Below the pieces are notes generated by a model. The model was not told the DNA's origin, did no database searches, and worked only from the letters and a program-made list of their open reading frames with translations. From positions 9,183 to 73,182 of the IMG/VR virus record IMGVR_UViG_3300037419_002279: a stretch of DNA of 64,000 bases, one strand, 5' to 3'. Both the position numbers and the translations under genes were made by a program. Origin of the DNA: a virus. Lineage: Duplodnaviria; Caudoviricetes. Of the stretch, positions 27,506 to 37,420 are shown piece by piece; positions within the stretch are counted from its first letter, which is position 1; each line of letters starts with the position of its first letter.

Positions 27506-28377
27506 GCCTCTTTGCTGTCATGAATGCCCTGATGACGAAGGGCCTGACCCCGAACGAAAGCCGGGTCTACGCCTACCTTGTCGGCCGCGGCAACGGTGTC
27601 CGGATGTGCTGGGCTGAAGTGCCCGATATCGCCGCAGACCTCGACATGACGCCTCGCACCGTCATGGCTTGCACCAAGGCGCTTGCAGCGAAGGACAAGC
27701 AGCTAATCACTGTGACCCGGCGGTACAAGGACAGCAACAACTACGCCGTCGTGGACCGCGACGGGCTTTACGACCGGCCGACTTACGCGAACGCCAAGCG
27801 CGCAGCCCAGGCGTCCGGCATCGATTGGGGTGCCGACCCGGAACAGACCGAGTCCGCTGACCTGAAAAAAACAGCAGATATGGCGCCCGATCCTGACCTG
27901 AAAAAAACAGCAGATGTGTCGCTCTCACCTGAAAAAGACGACATTCTGACCTGCAAAAGTACGCATTCTGACCTGAAAAAAACCGCACAAGAGTCAATAG
28001 ACCAAGACTCTACCAAGGAAGATACCAAACACACACAGCGCGCGCGCGCGACGGCAAGCCCGTTTGCCGTCGCCGATCCGCCGGGGTGGGAAGCGTTCAA
28101 GGCGGCTTACCCGCCGCACGACGGTAGCTGGCACGTCGCCCGGCTAGCCTACTGTCAGGCGCTCGCCGAAGGCGTTGACCCCGAGGTCATCGTCGCCGCC
28201 GCAAAGGCGTTCCCGTTCCGGCGCGACGCCGGCACCCGGTTCGTCATCCATCCCGCGACGTGGCTGCGCGAACGCCGATGGGAAACCGAGATCCCCGAAC
28301 CCGAGCCGGAAGAGTCGCTGGCTGACCTGATCGCGGCGTCACAGGCCGAACGCGCCGCCCAGCAGAAGGTCGCGTGA
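27502..28377 (+). CDS. Replication initiator (N-terminal wHTH, lambda O-like layout)
   Basis: LTPNESRVYAYL...DIAADLDMTPRTV; internal iterons; C-terminal IHPATWLRERRW. Confidence 0.75.
   Translation: MSLFAVMNALMTKGLTPNESRVYAYLVGRGNGVRMCWAEVPDIAADLDMTPRTVMACTKALAAKDKQLITVTRRYKDSNNYAVVDRDGLYDRPTYANAKRAAQASGIDWGADPEQTESADLKKTADMAPDPDLKKTADVSLSPEKDDILTCKSTHSDLKKTAQESIDQDSTKEDTKHTQRARATASPFAVADPPGWEAFKAAYPPHDGSWHVARLAYCQALAEGVDPEVIVAAAKAFPFRRDAGTRFVIHPATWLRERRWETEIPEPEPEESLADLIAASQAERAAQQKVA
27857..27990 (+). repeat. Iteron-like repeats CTGACCTGAAAAAAAC (putative origin)
   Basis: Copies at 27857, 27893 and 27968; degenerate at 27924 and 27946. Confidence 0.75.
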
Positions 28378-28378
28378 C

Positions 28379-29218
28379 ATGGCACTGACCCCACACCAGA
28401 AGCTCGCCCGGGCATGGCTGTCCGGGCTTGCCAATCTGTATCCCACGCCACCCGACATCGAGACGAAAATTCAGGCAATGACGCCGCTGCTGGCGGCAGC
28501 CTTTCCCGACGCGCTAGCCTTCACCGACGAGAGCAAGGCGGCGATGGCGGCGTTGATGCACAGCTTCCCGAGCTTCGGCAGGCTAAACGACTTCCTGAAC
28601 GCCTGGTGGGCGGACCACCAGCCGAAGACGCCGGAAGGCAAGCCCGACGATCTCGATGCCGCGGACATGTCGGCCGAGGACAAGATGGGCGTCCGCATCT
28701 GGCTCGGGCACCAGCGCATCGGCGACCTGCCGTCGGCGGAACTGATCACGCGGCTGGCGGTCATCCGCCGCTATCACGCCGCCGGCTATCGCTGGCTGAT
28801 CGCCCATGACACCGCCGCCGCCGACATCGCCCGCCAGCGCGGCTGGCACGATGCGGCGCCGCGTCCGGCTGACGATGCGGAAAAGGAAGCCGTTGCGCGG
28901 ATGCTGCACGGCGATCGGCGAGGCACGACGGATGCGACCGGCAAGCCGATCCCGTCCGGTGCGCCGAAGCAACCCGACCCGGTGCATCAGGCGGCCGCCG
29001 GCGTCGTCGCCGATCAGGTCCGACAGCGCACCGGCCGAACGCCGGGGCAGGTCGCCCCGGACATCCTCGAAGCGGCCCGTGCGGCGAACGCGAACATCGC
29101 CGCGGCCCGGGAATACCAGGAGAAGCAGCGCGCCGCCGCGGCCGCATCGAACGTCACACCGTTCCGACGCAGCCGGATCGATTGGGACGCCGAGCCGCCG
29201 GCGGCGGCGACCGGATGA
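28379..29218 (+). CDS. Replication-module hypothetical protein (possible helicase loader)
   Basis: Directly follows initiator; function inferred from position only. Confidence 0.5.
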   Translation: MALTPHQKLARAWLSGLANLYPTPPDIETKIQAMTPLLAAAFPDALAFTDESKAAMAALMHSFPSFGRLNDFLNAWWADHQPKTPEGKPDDLDAADMSAEDKMGVRIWLGHQRIGDLPSAELITRLAVIRRYHAAGYRWLIAHDTAAADIARQRGWHDAAPRPADDAEKEAVARMLHGDRRGTTDATGKPIPSGAPKQPDPVHQAAAGVVADQVRQRTGRTPGQVAPDILEAARAANANIAAAREYQEKQRAAAAASNVTPFRRSRIDWDAEPPAAATG

Positions 29219-29418
29219 CTCGGTCGCCGTCCGAGGCGGAACTGGCCGCGACCTGGCACGCGCGCCGCTGTGCGGTCTGCGGCGCCGAGGTGATCGCGGT
29301 CATCCTGCCCTGCGACGGCGTCGACGAAATCAATCTCTGCGCGGCGCATTTCGTCGCCCGGCTGCCGCAGCAGCGCCGGGTGACGGATCGCCACCACCGG
29401 AAGCGACGGACGTCGTGA
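29215..29418 (+). CDS. Small Cys-containing protein
   Basis: CAVCG...C...C; ATGA overlap. Confidence 0.5.
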   Translation: MTRSPSEAELAATWHARRCAVCGAEVIAVILPCDGVDEINLCAAHFVARLPQQRRVTDRHHRKRRTS

Positions 29419-29479
29419 TGATGCGGCGCGGCCCGGAAGGAAAACTCGGACAGTTTCGTCACGCTTTGTCCGAGTCAGG

Positions 29480-30301
29480 TTGAAACGATATCGCCGTCTG
29501 AAAGCAGGAGAAGTCGCCGCCATGATCCGCCGAGTCCCCTGGGACGGACCGAACCCGGCACCGGGCGAATTCCTCGCCGGCAAAGGCCGGTCGTATTTCC
29601 GCATCCGATCGGTCGTGCCGCTGGTCCGGCCGTCGCCCGACGGCGCGCGTTTATCGCTCGATCTGCTGCGTCAGGGCGCGTCCGATCTGCCCGACGGTGC
29701 CGTCGTGCACCCGCTGTCGCGCTATGCCGCATCGGATCCGGCCGGGCCGCCGCGCATCCGTCAGATCACCGACGGGCCGGCTGGCGTCATGCGCGACCGC
29801 TGGCGCGATCCGTCCGACACAAGGCCCACAGCCGCCGCCAGGCCGCGGCTGGTAACCGGCTACCGGTCGTCATGTCCGCTGCGGCGGATGGCGGCCGCAA
29901 AGAAATCGCACATCACCGACATCCACATCGTCGCGGCCGACCATTTCCGCACGATGTATGACCTGGCCTATCTCGGCTACACGATGACCGCCGACGGGGT
30001 GAAAGTAGCCGCGGGCTACGGGCCGCGCCCGGGGCCGTCGCAGGCCGCGCACGCGCAGTCAGCGGCGCGGGGATCGGTGCAGCGCGCGCTCGCCCGCTTC
30101 GCGCCGCCGCAGACCGCGATGCTGACCGCGATCGTGCTGCAAAATTCCAGCCTCTATGCCTGGTGCGCCGAGGGTCGCCTGAACGCCTCGGTCGAAATGG
30201 GCAAGCTGATCGCGATCCTCGATATCCTGGCCGATCATTATGACCGTGAAGTGGATGCGCTGATGCAGACCGACGCGGCCCTGGTGCTCGAACGCGCCTA
30301 G
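29480..30301 (+). CDS. DUF6456-like protein, candidate late transcription regulator
   Basis: AADHFRTMYDLA...LIAILDILADHY; end of the replication operon. Confidence 0.55.
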   Translation: MKRYRRLKAGEVAAMIRRVPWDGPNPAPGEFLAGKGRSYFRIRSVVPLVRPSPDGARLSLDLLRQGASDLPDGAVVHPLSRYAASDPAGPPRIRQITDGPAGVMRDRWRDPSDTRPTAAARPRLVTGYRSSCPLRRMAAAKKSHITDIHIVAADHFRTMYDLAYLGYTMTADGVKVAAGYGPRPGPSQAAHAQSAARGSVQRALARFAPPQTAMLTAIVLQNSSLYAWCAEGRLNASVEMGKLIAILDILADHYDREVDALMQTDAALVLERA

Positions 30302-30454
30302 CGCTATATGCGGCGCATCGACGTGGATCGGTGTCCACGTACAAACTTCAGCGGCCGACGGGAAGCACCCCATCGGCCGCTGCTCTTTTCATCTTGCCGT
30401 GCATAAAGCACAGCGCTATGAAATCATTAGTGTGGCGAGTTGCGCCTCGCTCTC

Positions 30455-30688
30455 TCAGAAAATATCCCGAATCCAGTTTCCGTCGGCCTGCCGGCGCAGC
30501 ACGCTGACTGGCCCGCGCGCCTCGGTCCGCGCGCAGAACAGGTCGAACCGGCCGGACGCGCCGGATTCCGTGGTGCCGATGACGATGGTGCGCGATAGCG
30601 CCCGGCCGCAGTGATCGCAGTATGCGACCGGTGGGATGGATGTGCCGAGCATTTCGGCGGGTTCATCGTCGTGGTGCGAAATCAGCAT
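30455..30688 (-). CDS. Small Zn-ribbon protein
   Basis: YCDHCG...C; preceded by AGGACACCGA. Confidence 0.6.
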   Translation of the reverse strand: MLISHHDDEPAEMLGTSIPPVAYCDHCGRALSRTIVIGTTESGASGRFDLFCARTEARGPVSVLRRQADGNWIRDIF

Positions 30689-30707
30689 GTGTCGGTGTCC
30701 TTTGGTT

Positions 30708-30736
30708 AAAAAAAGGGCGACCCGAAGGCCGCCCTT
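30708..30736 (-). terminator. Rho-independent terminator with TTCG loop
   Basis: AGGGCGGCC-TTCG-GGTCGCCCT followed by T-run on the minus strand. Confidence 0.75.
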
Positions 30737-30742
30737 GCTCGA

Positions 30743-31624
30743 TTAAGCCTCGACGAGATCCCGCCAGACTTTGCCCTCAATCAACCCGGCGACCCTCTTG
30801 TGCCGGTCGAATTTGGCTTGACCGCGGCCGCCCTTCACGGCGCTATCCGCATGCGATGCCCAGTTGGTCAGCACCGAATAAAGCGTCCATGCGTTCGGAC
30901 CCGATTGCGCCGATCCGTCGTCGCGGGCGCGTAGCCAAGCGTGCACCAGGTGATCCGTCAGCGAGTCAGTCGCTTGCGGTAGAGCTTTGCAGACCTGCAT
31001 GGCCTGTTGGTCGCTAATCGCGATCGTCGCCCATTCCTTCCAGCGCCGCGTCCGCTCGATGTGCTCTTCGGCGGCTTTAGTCAGGCCGGCGATAGCTGCC
31101 TTGACGTCAACGGCGCCGGTGTGCCGGGCAGAAAACTGCGCGTAATCCGTCCCGTGGATTGCCGTGTTTGCGCAGACGAACGTGTAGGCCCCGCACTGCC
31201 CCCGGAACCGAAGCGACCCATCATAGGAATTCATCATAATCAAAGCGAGGGCTACACTTACGCCCTTCTTAACTTCGATCTGATGGGCCGGAAGCAGGTA
31301 CTGCCGGAAGCAGCGCGCACCGTTGTTGGCGTAGTCGGTGCCGATCCGCATGCCTTCCAGATCCAGCGTGCTGGACTCTAGCGCTTCCTCAAAGGCGCCG
31401 AAGGCTTCCTCGTTGGTGATCACCTTGTAGCTGTCGGTGGCGACATGCAGCGTATCGCCGGTGTCTTCGCGCACGATGCGCAGGTAGCCGGGCAGTTCGT
31501 GACCCTGTTCGTCGAACAGGCGCCGCGCCTTGACCGGGAAGAAGACCGGCTTGGCATGGTTCGCCGGGATGAAGCCGTACTTGTCCATCTGGTCGGCGTA
31601 GGAAGAAATCGCGTCTAACGGCAT
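30743..31624 (-). CDS. DUF932/DUF945-like phage protein
   Basis: YKVITNEEAF, MNSYDGSL, FVCANTA, NAWTLYSVLTNWASH. Confidence 0.75.
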   Translation of the reverse strand: MPLDAISSYADQMDKYGFIPANHAKPVFFPVKARRLFDEQGHELPGYLRIVREDTGDTLHVATDSYKVITNEEAFGAFEEALESSTLDLEGMRIGTDYANNGARCFRQYLLPAHQIEVKKGVSVALALIMMNSYDGSLRFRGQCGAYTFVCANTAIHGTDYAQFSARHTGAVDVKAAIAGLTKAAEEHIERTRRWKEWATIAISDQQAMQVCKALPQATDSLTDHLVHAWLRARDDGSAQSGPNAWTLYSVLTNWASHADSAVKGGRGQAKFDRHKRVAGLIEGKVWRDLVEA

Positions 31625-31783
31625 CGTCGGTGTCCTTTCTGGTTTTGCGTCCCGCGCAATTTATGCCCGGTGCGCACAGATTATGTCCATCGCGCACAGA
31701 TAGCAAGAACGAAAATCCGGTTCGGTGAAAAAATCCGGCAATTTTTTCGGCCGGAAGAAGTCTGTCGCCGGCAGCCGCCAATA

Positions 31784-31808
31784 AAAAAACGGGGCACCGC
31801 GCCCCGCC
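31784..31808 (-). terminator. Rho-independent terminator
   Basis: CGGGGC-GCGGT-GCCCCG followed by T7 on the minus strand. Confidence 0.65.
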
Positions 31809-31868
31809 TTTCTGATGATACTCTGAACCGAGACGCCTAGTCTGCGGCGGACCAGTACAGGATCAGCC

Positions 31869-32108
31869 CTACAGGTCGCGGATGCTGCGCGAAATCTCGA
31901 ACAGAAGCGTCCGCATCGCGTCGAACCGTCGCGCGACAGCAGGCCGCTTCCGATCGAGTTGGTAGGCCGCGTCCTCGGCCGCGGTTAGGTGCTTGTGGAT
32001 GTGCCTGATCTGCTTGCGTAGCTCATCGGCAACCGCGGGCGGATAGAACACCCGACGATACGCCTCTTCCCGCGTCGGCGGAATGATGGTGAGGTTCTTG
32101 CCGCTCAT
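31869..32108 (-). CDS. Hypothetical protein
   Basis: MSGKNLTIIPP... Confidence 0.55.
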   Translation of the reverse strand: MSGKNLTIIPPTREEAYRRVFYPPAVADELRKQIRHIHKHLTAAEDAAYQLDRKRPAVARRFDAMRTLLFEISRSIRDL

Positions 32109-32848
32109 GTTGCGGCGTCCTGCTTGGTTAGGTGGTAGGTGCAAGGCCGCACTGACTTGTCGACCCGGTAGTCGTAGCCCCAGCGCGCGCCGATGCGCTG
32201 GCACTCCTGGATAGGCGCCGGGTTCTTCCAGCCCGTCGCATCGGCGATCTCCTTCGTCGTCGCACCCCCGTCGCGGGTGGTCAGGTCGATGAATATCTGA
32301 TCCGAAGCGCCGGGTGCGGTCAGCCGCCCGCCGGTGCGCAGGCCGCCCGAACCGCCGCCGCCGGCCGGCGCGTCGATGGTGACCGTCTGGCCGCCTTCCG
32401 GTGCGTAGCTGACCGACACGCCTGTCCGCTTGGCGAGCAGCTTCGCGACGTCGTAGGCACCGATCGCCGTCAGCGGCAGGGCGAAGCTGTAGATCGCGGT
32501 CTTCTGGCCGTCGTCAGGCAACGGCAGCGCCGCCTGCGCCGGGGCCTCCGGGACCGCCGGCGCCGGGTCTTCGATCACCGCCTCGACCGCGTCCGCAAGC
32601 GCCGCATCGTCGCCGTTGGCAACCGCTTCGTCCTTCGCATTGCGGTGCGCATCGAAGATGCAAATCGCTTCGTCGCTGACCGGCTCAAGCCGCACGCCGC
32701 CGTCCGCTTCGGTGATCAGATCGCAGCCGATCGCCTCGCGCAGGTCGCCCTTGACGCCGCGCCGACGCAGGAATTCACGCGCGGACTTTTGCGAGAACCA
32801 GACCTTGTCGATCGTGTCGGCGGTCAGGATGCCGGGAAGATTCATCAT
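32105..32848 (-). CDS. Protein with C-terminal wHTH (DUF3489-like)
   Basis: RDGGATTKEIADATGW. Confidence 0.6.
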   Translation of the reverse strand: MMNLPGILTADTIDKVWFSQKSAREFLRRRGVKGDLREAIGCDLITEADGGVRLEPVSDEAICIFDAHRNAKDEAVANGDDAALADAVEAVIEDPAPAVPEAPAQAALPLPDDGQKTAIYSFALPLTAIGAYDVAKLLAKRTGVSVSYAPEGGQTVTIDAPAGGGGSGGLRTGGRLTAPGASDQIFIDLTTRDGGATTKEIADATGWKNPAPIQECQRIGARWGYDYRVDKSVRPCTYHLTKQDAAT

Positions 32849-32971
32849 GTTCGGTGTCCTTCATTGTTGCCGGGCGTATTCGCCTCGGTGACGGAACTAT
32901 AGGCGAGTAATTCAGAATATAACGAATGCGTTTAGAGCGCTCGACGAGTGCTCAAAGAGCATAGGCGGGGA

Positions 32972-35815
32972 ATGACCCAACTACAGATCGAATACAGGCC
33001 GGTAGAAGCCTTGATCCCGTATGCGCTGAACCCGAAAACGCATTCGGATGCGCAGATCGCCGCGATCGGCGAGTCGATGCGCGAATTCGGCTGGACGAAC
33101 CCGGTGCTGATCGACGGCCGGGGCGGGATCATCGCCGGACACGGCCGCATCGCCGCGGCGAAGGCGCAGGGGATCAGCGACGTCCCCTGCATCGTCCTCG
33201 ATCACCTGAATGACGCGCAGGTACGCGCCCTGGTCACGCTGGACAACTGGCTGACCGAACACGGCGCGTCCTGGAACCTGCCGCTGCTGCAAGGCGAGAT
33301 TGCCGCGCTGTCGGACATGAAGTTCGACCTCGAACGCTTCGGCATGACAGCGCCGAACCTGACCGCCGCCTTCCCGGGTCTGTTCGCCGCCGGCACCGGT
33401 GCAGCACCGCTGGCGGAACGCACCGCCCCCGTCGGTAACCTGGCCGACCGCTTCGGCCTGCCGCCGTTTTCTGTCCTGTCCGCCCGCGACGGATGGTGGC
33501 AGGCACGCAAGCGGGCCTGGCTGCGCTTAGGCATCCGCTCCGAACTCGGCCGCGGCGTCGAAAACCCCGACGATCCGCAACTGACCTACAAAGGCCAGGC
33601 CAGCCTCAACGCGATCACCGGTCAGCGCAAAGCCGGGCTGCTATACGGCGAACAGAGCGCCGAATTCGATCATTACCGCCGGCGCGAAGGCACCCGCCCA
33701 GCGCTTGCCGAAGAAGGCGACGCCCGGCAGGTGATCGGGACATCGATCTTCGATCCGGTGCTCTGCGAATTGGCCTATCGCTGGTTCTGCCCGCCCGGCG
33801 GTGCCGTCCTCGACCCGTTTGCCGGCGGATCGGTCCGCGGTGTTGTCGCCGCCTGGCTCGGCCGGCAGTATGTCGGCGTCGATCTGTCCGGCCGGCAGAT
33901 CGCGGCAAACAGAGAACAATGGGAGGCTATCCGCGAAGGCCGGCCGACAGCGAAGCCTGAACCCATCATCGAGGATCCTGCCGCGTTGACGCCGATCCAG
34001 GCCGTCGGCGACGTGCTGGTCAAACGCGATGACCTGTTCGAATTCGCCGGCGTACCCGGGGGCAAAGTCCGAACCTGTCTTGCCCTAGCCCGGGCCGCCC
34101 TTGCGGCAGGGCAAGGCGGGCTTGTCACCGCCGGGTCGCGGGCAAGCCCCCAGGTCAACATCGTCGCCCGCGTGGGCCGCGCCCTGGGCCTGCCGGTGCG
34201 GTGCCACACCCCGCAGGGCAAGCTGGCCCTTGAAGTCCAGGCCGCCCTCGAAGCAAGGGCAGAAGTCATCCAGCACAAAGCCGGGCACAACACCGTCATC
34301 GTCGCCCGCGCCCGCGAAGACGCCGCCGCCCGCGGCTGGGCGGAAATCCCCTTCGGCATGGAATGCCTCGAAGCGATCACCCAGACGCGGCGCCAGGTCG
34401 CGAACGTCCCGCCCGATGTCCGACGCATTGTCATCCCCGTCGGATCCGGCATGTCAGCCGCCGGCGTGCTCTGGGGCCTGATCGATCAGGGCCTGTCGAT
34501 GCCGGTCATCGGCGTCGTCGTCGGCGCTGATCCCGCCGATCGGCTGGATCACCATGCGCCGCAGGACTGGCGCGACCGCATGACGCTGATCCCGTCCGGG
34601 TCGGACTATCACGAGCCGGCCGCGCAAACAGCGTTCGGACATCTCGACCTCGACCCCCACTACGAAGCGAAGTGCATCGATTTCCTTGAGCCCGGTGACC
34701 TGCTCTGGATCGTTGGCGTGCGCGCCACGTCCAGACTGGCGTCCCGGCCGGCGTCGACTTCAGTCGTGGCACCGTCGGCCGGGTCTGCCCTGCGCTGGCG
34801 CGTGGGCGCAAAGACGATGACCGCCCGCCATGACTGCACCCTGTCCGGCATCCAGACCCGCTGCGGCGGCGGTTGCTGCCGCGCCGGGCCGTCCCGCAGT
34901 TACTGGCCGGCGCGCGCCTACGGCGATGTCTGCGGCAACCTCGGCCCGTCCGGCTGCACCCTGTCCCCGGACGACAAGCCGGTGACCTGCCTGCTCTATC
35001 CGCTGGTGGCCCACGACGATAAGGGCTCGATCGTGCTGCATCATCGGACCCGGCTGCCGACGTCGGTCTGCCGCGGCAATTACGGCCAGGGGCCGATGCT
35101 GATCGATGCGATCGAAGGCAACCTGCGCACGCTGTTCGGCGATGCGCAATTCGAGCGGGTGCATGCCGAGGTCACCGCCGGGCGCGACAGCTATTTCGAC
35201 GTCCCGCCCGATATCGCCGAAGCCGTCCGCCGCGAACACGGCTGGGCCGAGCATGCGATCAAGCCGGTGCCGCGGTCGCAGGCGGGGACGATACCAGAGT
35301 CCACACCGCCCGCGCGGCCCGATCCGGTCTGGATCGAAGGAGACTCACGTGCGATCGCCGATCTCCTGCCGGCGGATTTCGAAGCCGACTTCATCTGGAC
35401 CTGCCCGCCCTACGCGGACCTCGAAGTCTACAGCGACCATCCGGCCGATCTGTCGGCAATGTCAGACCCGGACTTTACTGACGCCTATCGGCAGATCATC
35501 GCCGCAGCCTGCGCGCGGCTGAAGCCGGACCGGTTCGCCGCGATTACCGTGGGCGAAGTGCGCGATGATCGGGGCATGTGCCGCAACCTGCCCGGCCTGA
35601 CGATCGAGGCGTTCGAAGCGGCCGGCCTGAAGCTCTACAACGACGCGATCCTGGTCACCGCCGTCGGCAGCCTGCCGATCCGTGTCGGCCGGCAATTCAC
35701 CGCCGCCCGCAAGCTCGGACGGACCCATCAATCGGTGCTGGTGTTCATCAAGGGCGACCCGAAAGCGGCAACGGCCGCGTGCGGGGACGTCGAATTCGGG
35801 GACGCGCCCACATAG
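32972..35815 (+). CDS. ParB-like domain + DNA amino-methyltransferase split by a PLP-dependent enzyme domain and a Cys-rich domain
   Basis: ParB GIIAGHGRIAAA; MTase motif I VLDPFAGGSVRG and motif IV WTCPPY; PLP fold-II LTPIQ..VLVKRDDL..GGKVR, VIPVGSGMS, DLDPHYEAK; CGGGCC..KPVTCLLYP. Confidence 0.85.
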   Translation: MTQLQIEYRPVEALIPYALNPKTHSDAQIAAIGESMREFGWTNPVLIDGRGGIIAGHGRIAAAKAQGISDVPCIVLDHLNDAQVRALVTLDNWLTEHGASWNLPLLQGEIAALSDMKFDLERFGMTAPNLTAAFPGLFAAGTGAAPLAERTAPVGNLADRFGLPPFSVLSARDGWWQARKRAWLRLGIRSELGRGVENPDDPQLTYKGQASLNAITGQRKAGLLYGEQSAEFDHYRRREGTRPALAEEGDARQVIGTSIFDPVLCELAYRWFCPPGGAVLDPFAGGSVRGVVAAWLGRQYVGVDLSGRQIAANREQWEAIREGRPTAKPEPIIEDPAALTPIQAVGDVLVKRDDLFEFAGVPGGKVRTCLALARAALAAGQGGLVTAGSRASPQVNIVARVGRALGLPVRCHTPQGKLALEVQAALEARAEVIQHKAGHNTVIVARAREDAAARGWAEIPFGMECLEAITQTRRQVANVPPDVRRIVIPVGSGMSAAGVLWGLIDQGLSMPVIGVVVGADPADRLDHHAPQDWRDRMTLIPSGSDYHEPAAQTAFGHLDLDPHYEAKCIDFLEPGDLLWIVGVRATSRLASRPASTSVVAPSAGSALRWRVGAKTMTARHDCTLSGIQTRCGGGCCRAGPSRSYWPARAYGDVCGNLGPSGCTLSPDDKPVTCLLYPLVAHDDKGSIVLHHRTRLPTSVCRGNYGQGPMLIDAIEGNLRTLFGDAQFERVHAEVTAGRDSYFDVPPDIAEAVRREHGWAEHAIKPVPRSQAGTIPESTPPARPDPVWIEGDSRAIADLLPADFEADFIWTCPPYADLEVYSDHPADLSAMSDPDFTDAYRQIIAAACARLKPDRFAAITVGEVRDDRGMCRNLPGLTIEAFEAAGLKLYNDAILVTAVGSLPIRVGRQFTAARKLGRTHQSVLVFIKGDPKAATAACGDVEFGDAPT

Positions 35816-36073
35816 AAGATCGGCCGGGTATGACCCCGGCCGCCGTGCTGCCCCCCTGGGGCCTGTTCTATTAGGTGAGGTTTGAGAGTCCCCGCGCGGC
35901 CTCGCAGAGACGGACACTGGACGCCGCCGCGGCGCCGCGGCGCAACTCACGAAGCGGGGAAGTCAGACCAGAAGTCTGACGTCATCCCCGCCAGTTTAGC
36001 CAAACGACGAACCCGCCGAACAAGCCGGCGGCGAAGATCGGCCAGATGATCCAGGTCAGGACCTGATCCGCGG

Positions 36074-36286
36074 TCATTGAAGCCTCCCGAGCAGCGCGCG
36101 GGCAGCGGCGTGCACGCCGACCGCGATGATAATCCAGACCAGGCCGCTGACAAAGCGGCCGGCCCCTTCGATCTGTCCCGACGCCGCCGGGGCGATGAAC
36201 CCGGCGACGGCAAAGGCGACAGCGACGTTGTTCAGACCCGTCGCGGCAAGCTTGATCCGTTCGTTGTGGATGTCCGGTGCCGGCAT
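36074..36286 (-). CDS. Small two-helix membrane protein
   Basis: IHNERIKLAATGLNNVAVA. Confidence 0.65.
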   Translation of the reverse strand: MPAPDIHNERIKLAATGLNNVAVAFAVAGFIAPAASGQIEGAGRFVSGLVWIIIAVGVHAAARALLGRLQ

Positions 36287-36501
36287 CAGGAAGCATCCGG
36301 CGGGCGCGGCCCGCCATGGACCTCGCCGCTGGTGTCGAAATGCCAGATGCGTTCGGATCCGTCCCAGCATTCCCAGGCAGTCCAGTTCGGGTCATGGAAA
36401 ATGCCCGGGATCATCCGGCGCGCGGGGTTCTGCGCATCGGCTGTCGCCTGCCGCGTCTCGCCTGTCACCCGGTTGCGGAAGACGTACGTCGGCATCATCA
36501 T
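36286..36501 (-). CDS. Hypothetical protein
   Basis: Coupled ORF with GAGG RBS. Confidence 0.55.
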   Translation of the reverse strand: MMMPTYVFRNRVTGETRQATADAQNPARRMIPGIFHDPNWTAWECWDGSERIWHFDTSGEVHGGPRPPDAS

Positions 36502-36683
36502 CCCTCCCTCAGTGCGGCGATGAAGCGCTGCACGACCGCGACGTCATGTTCCATCAGGCTTGCCGTCGCGACGACATTGCCATCGGACAGCTTCCGCCGC
36601 CCGCCTAGTTCGATCACCTCTACAATCGCCTGTTGCAGCCGCATTGCGGCCCGCAAGGCGCCGATCGCCTGTTCCGATTTCAT
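36498..36683 (-). CDS. Hypothetical protein
   Basis: MKSEQAIGALR... Confidence 0.55.
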   Translation of the reverse strand: MKSEQAIGALRAAMRLQQAIVEVIELGGRRKLSDGNVVATASLMEHDVAVVQRFIAALREG

Positions 36684-36765
36684 GTCCGCGCCCCCTTGAC
36701 CAGACGCGCAACGATACTGACGTGTAGCCGGAATAGAAGACCGGCCAAGCTCTGCCATGGGCACA

Positions 36766-37101
36766 TCATATCGGTGTCCTTTCGTCGGCGGTCACGGTGT
36801 GCATCCGGCCGCCGGTGTTGTTGGTGACCTCGAAGCTGTCGGGGTAGCTGGCGAAAATCGCCAGCGCGTCGCCGCCGGGCCGCGACGTGATCTGACCGGT
36901 GACTGCGAACAGCCCGTCGGCCGTCACATCGGGGAAGACCGCAAGTTCCAGCATCCAGCCGCTGCGATCGGTGCGCCGATCGCCCGTGTGGTCGATGAAC
37001 AGCACGACGTCCCAGCCTGACCCGCCGGGATTGGCGGTCACGCGCACCTCGAACGGCGTCCCGCCGTCGCGCGGTTGAACAGTTGTTTGCACGGTCAGCA
37101 C
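36766..37101 (-). CDS. Hypothetical protein
   Basis: GTG start with GGAG RBS. Confidence 0.5.
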   Translation of the reverse strand: MLTVQTTVQPRDGGTPFEVRVTANPGGSGWDVVLFIDHTGDRRTDRSGWMLELAVFPDVTADGLFAVTGQITSRPGGDALAIFASYPDSFEVTNNTGGRMHTVTADERTPI

Positions 37102-37394
37102 CTCCAGCGGCAGATGACGACGACGTCCGGCTGCGGCGGCTGCGCGGCGGCAACGGCAGCCAGTGCGATGATAGGCAGCAGCAGCAAACCGAGCGCGACA
37201 TTCCCGGCGGTTTCGTTGTTTTTCTGCGTTTCTAGATTGGCTTCGGCCTGTCTTTGCGGCAGCCGGTCGCACGCGACCTTGTCGCCTTGCTGGCACCAGG
37301 CCTGATCCTGTTTGAGATTGTCGTGCGCATAGGACGCACAGCCGGACAGAAGCGTCAGCGCCATCAGCGCCGCGCGAATGCGGTATTTTACCAT
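37095..37394 (-). CDS. Lipoprotein with C-terminal hydrophobic helix
   Basis: Lipobox LLSGC; GLLLLPIIALAAVAAA. Confidence 0.7.
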   Translation of the reverse strand: MVKYRIRAALMALTLLSGCASYAHDNLKQDQAWCQQGDKVACDRLPQRQAEANLETQKNNETAGNVALGLLLLPIIALAAVAAAQPPQPDVVVICRWRC

Positions 37395-37420
37395 AGGTTC
37401 GGTGTCCTTTTTGGTGGTTA

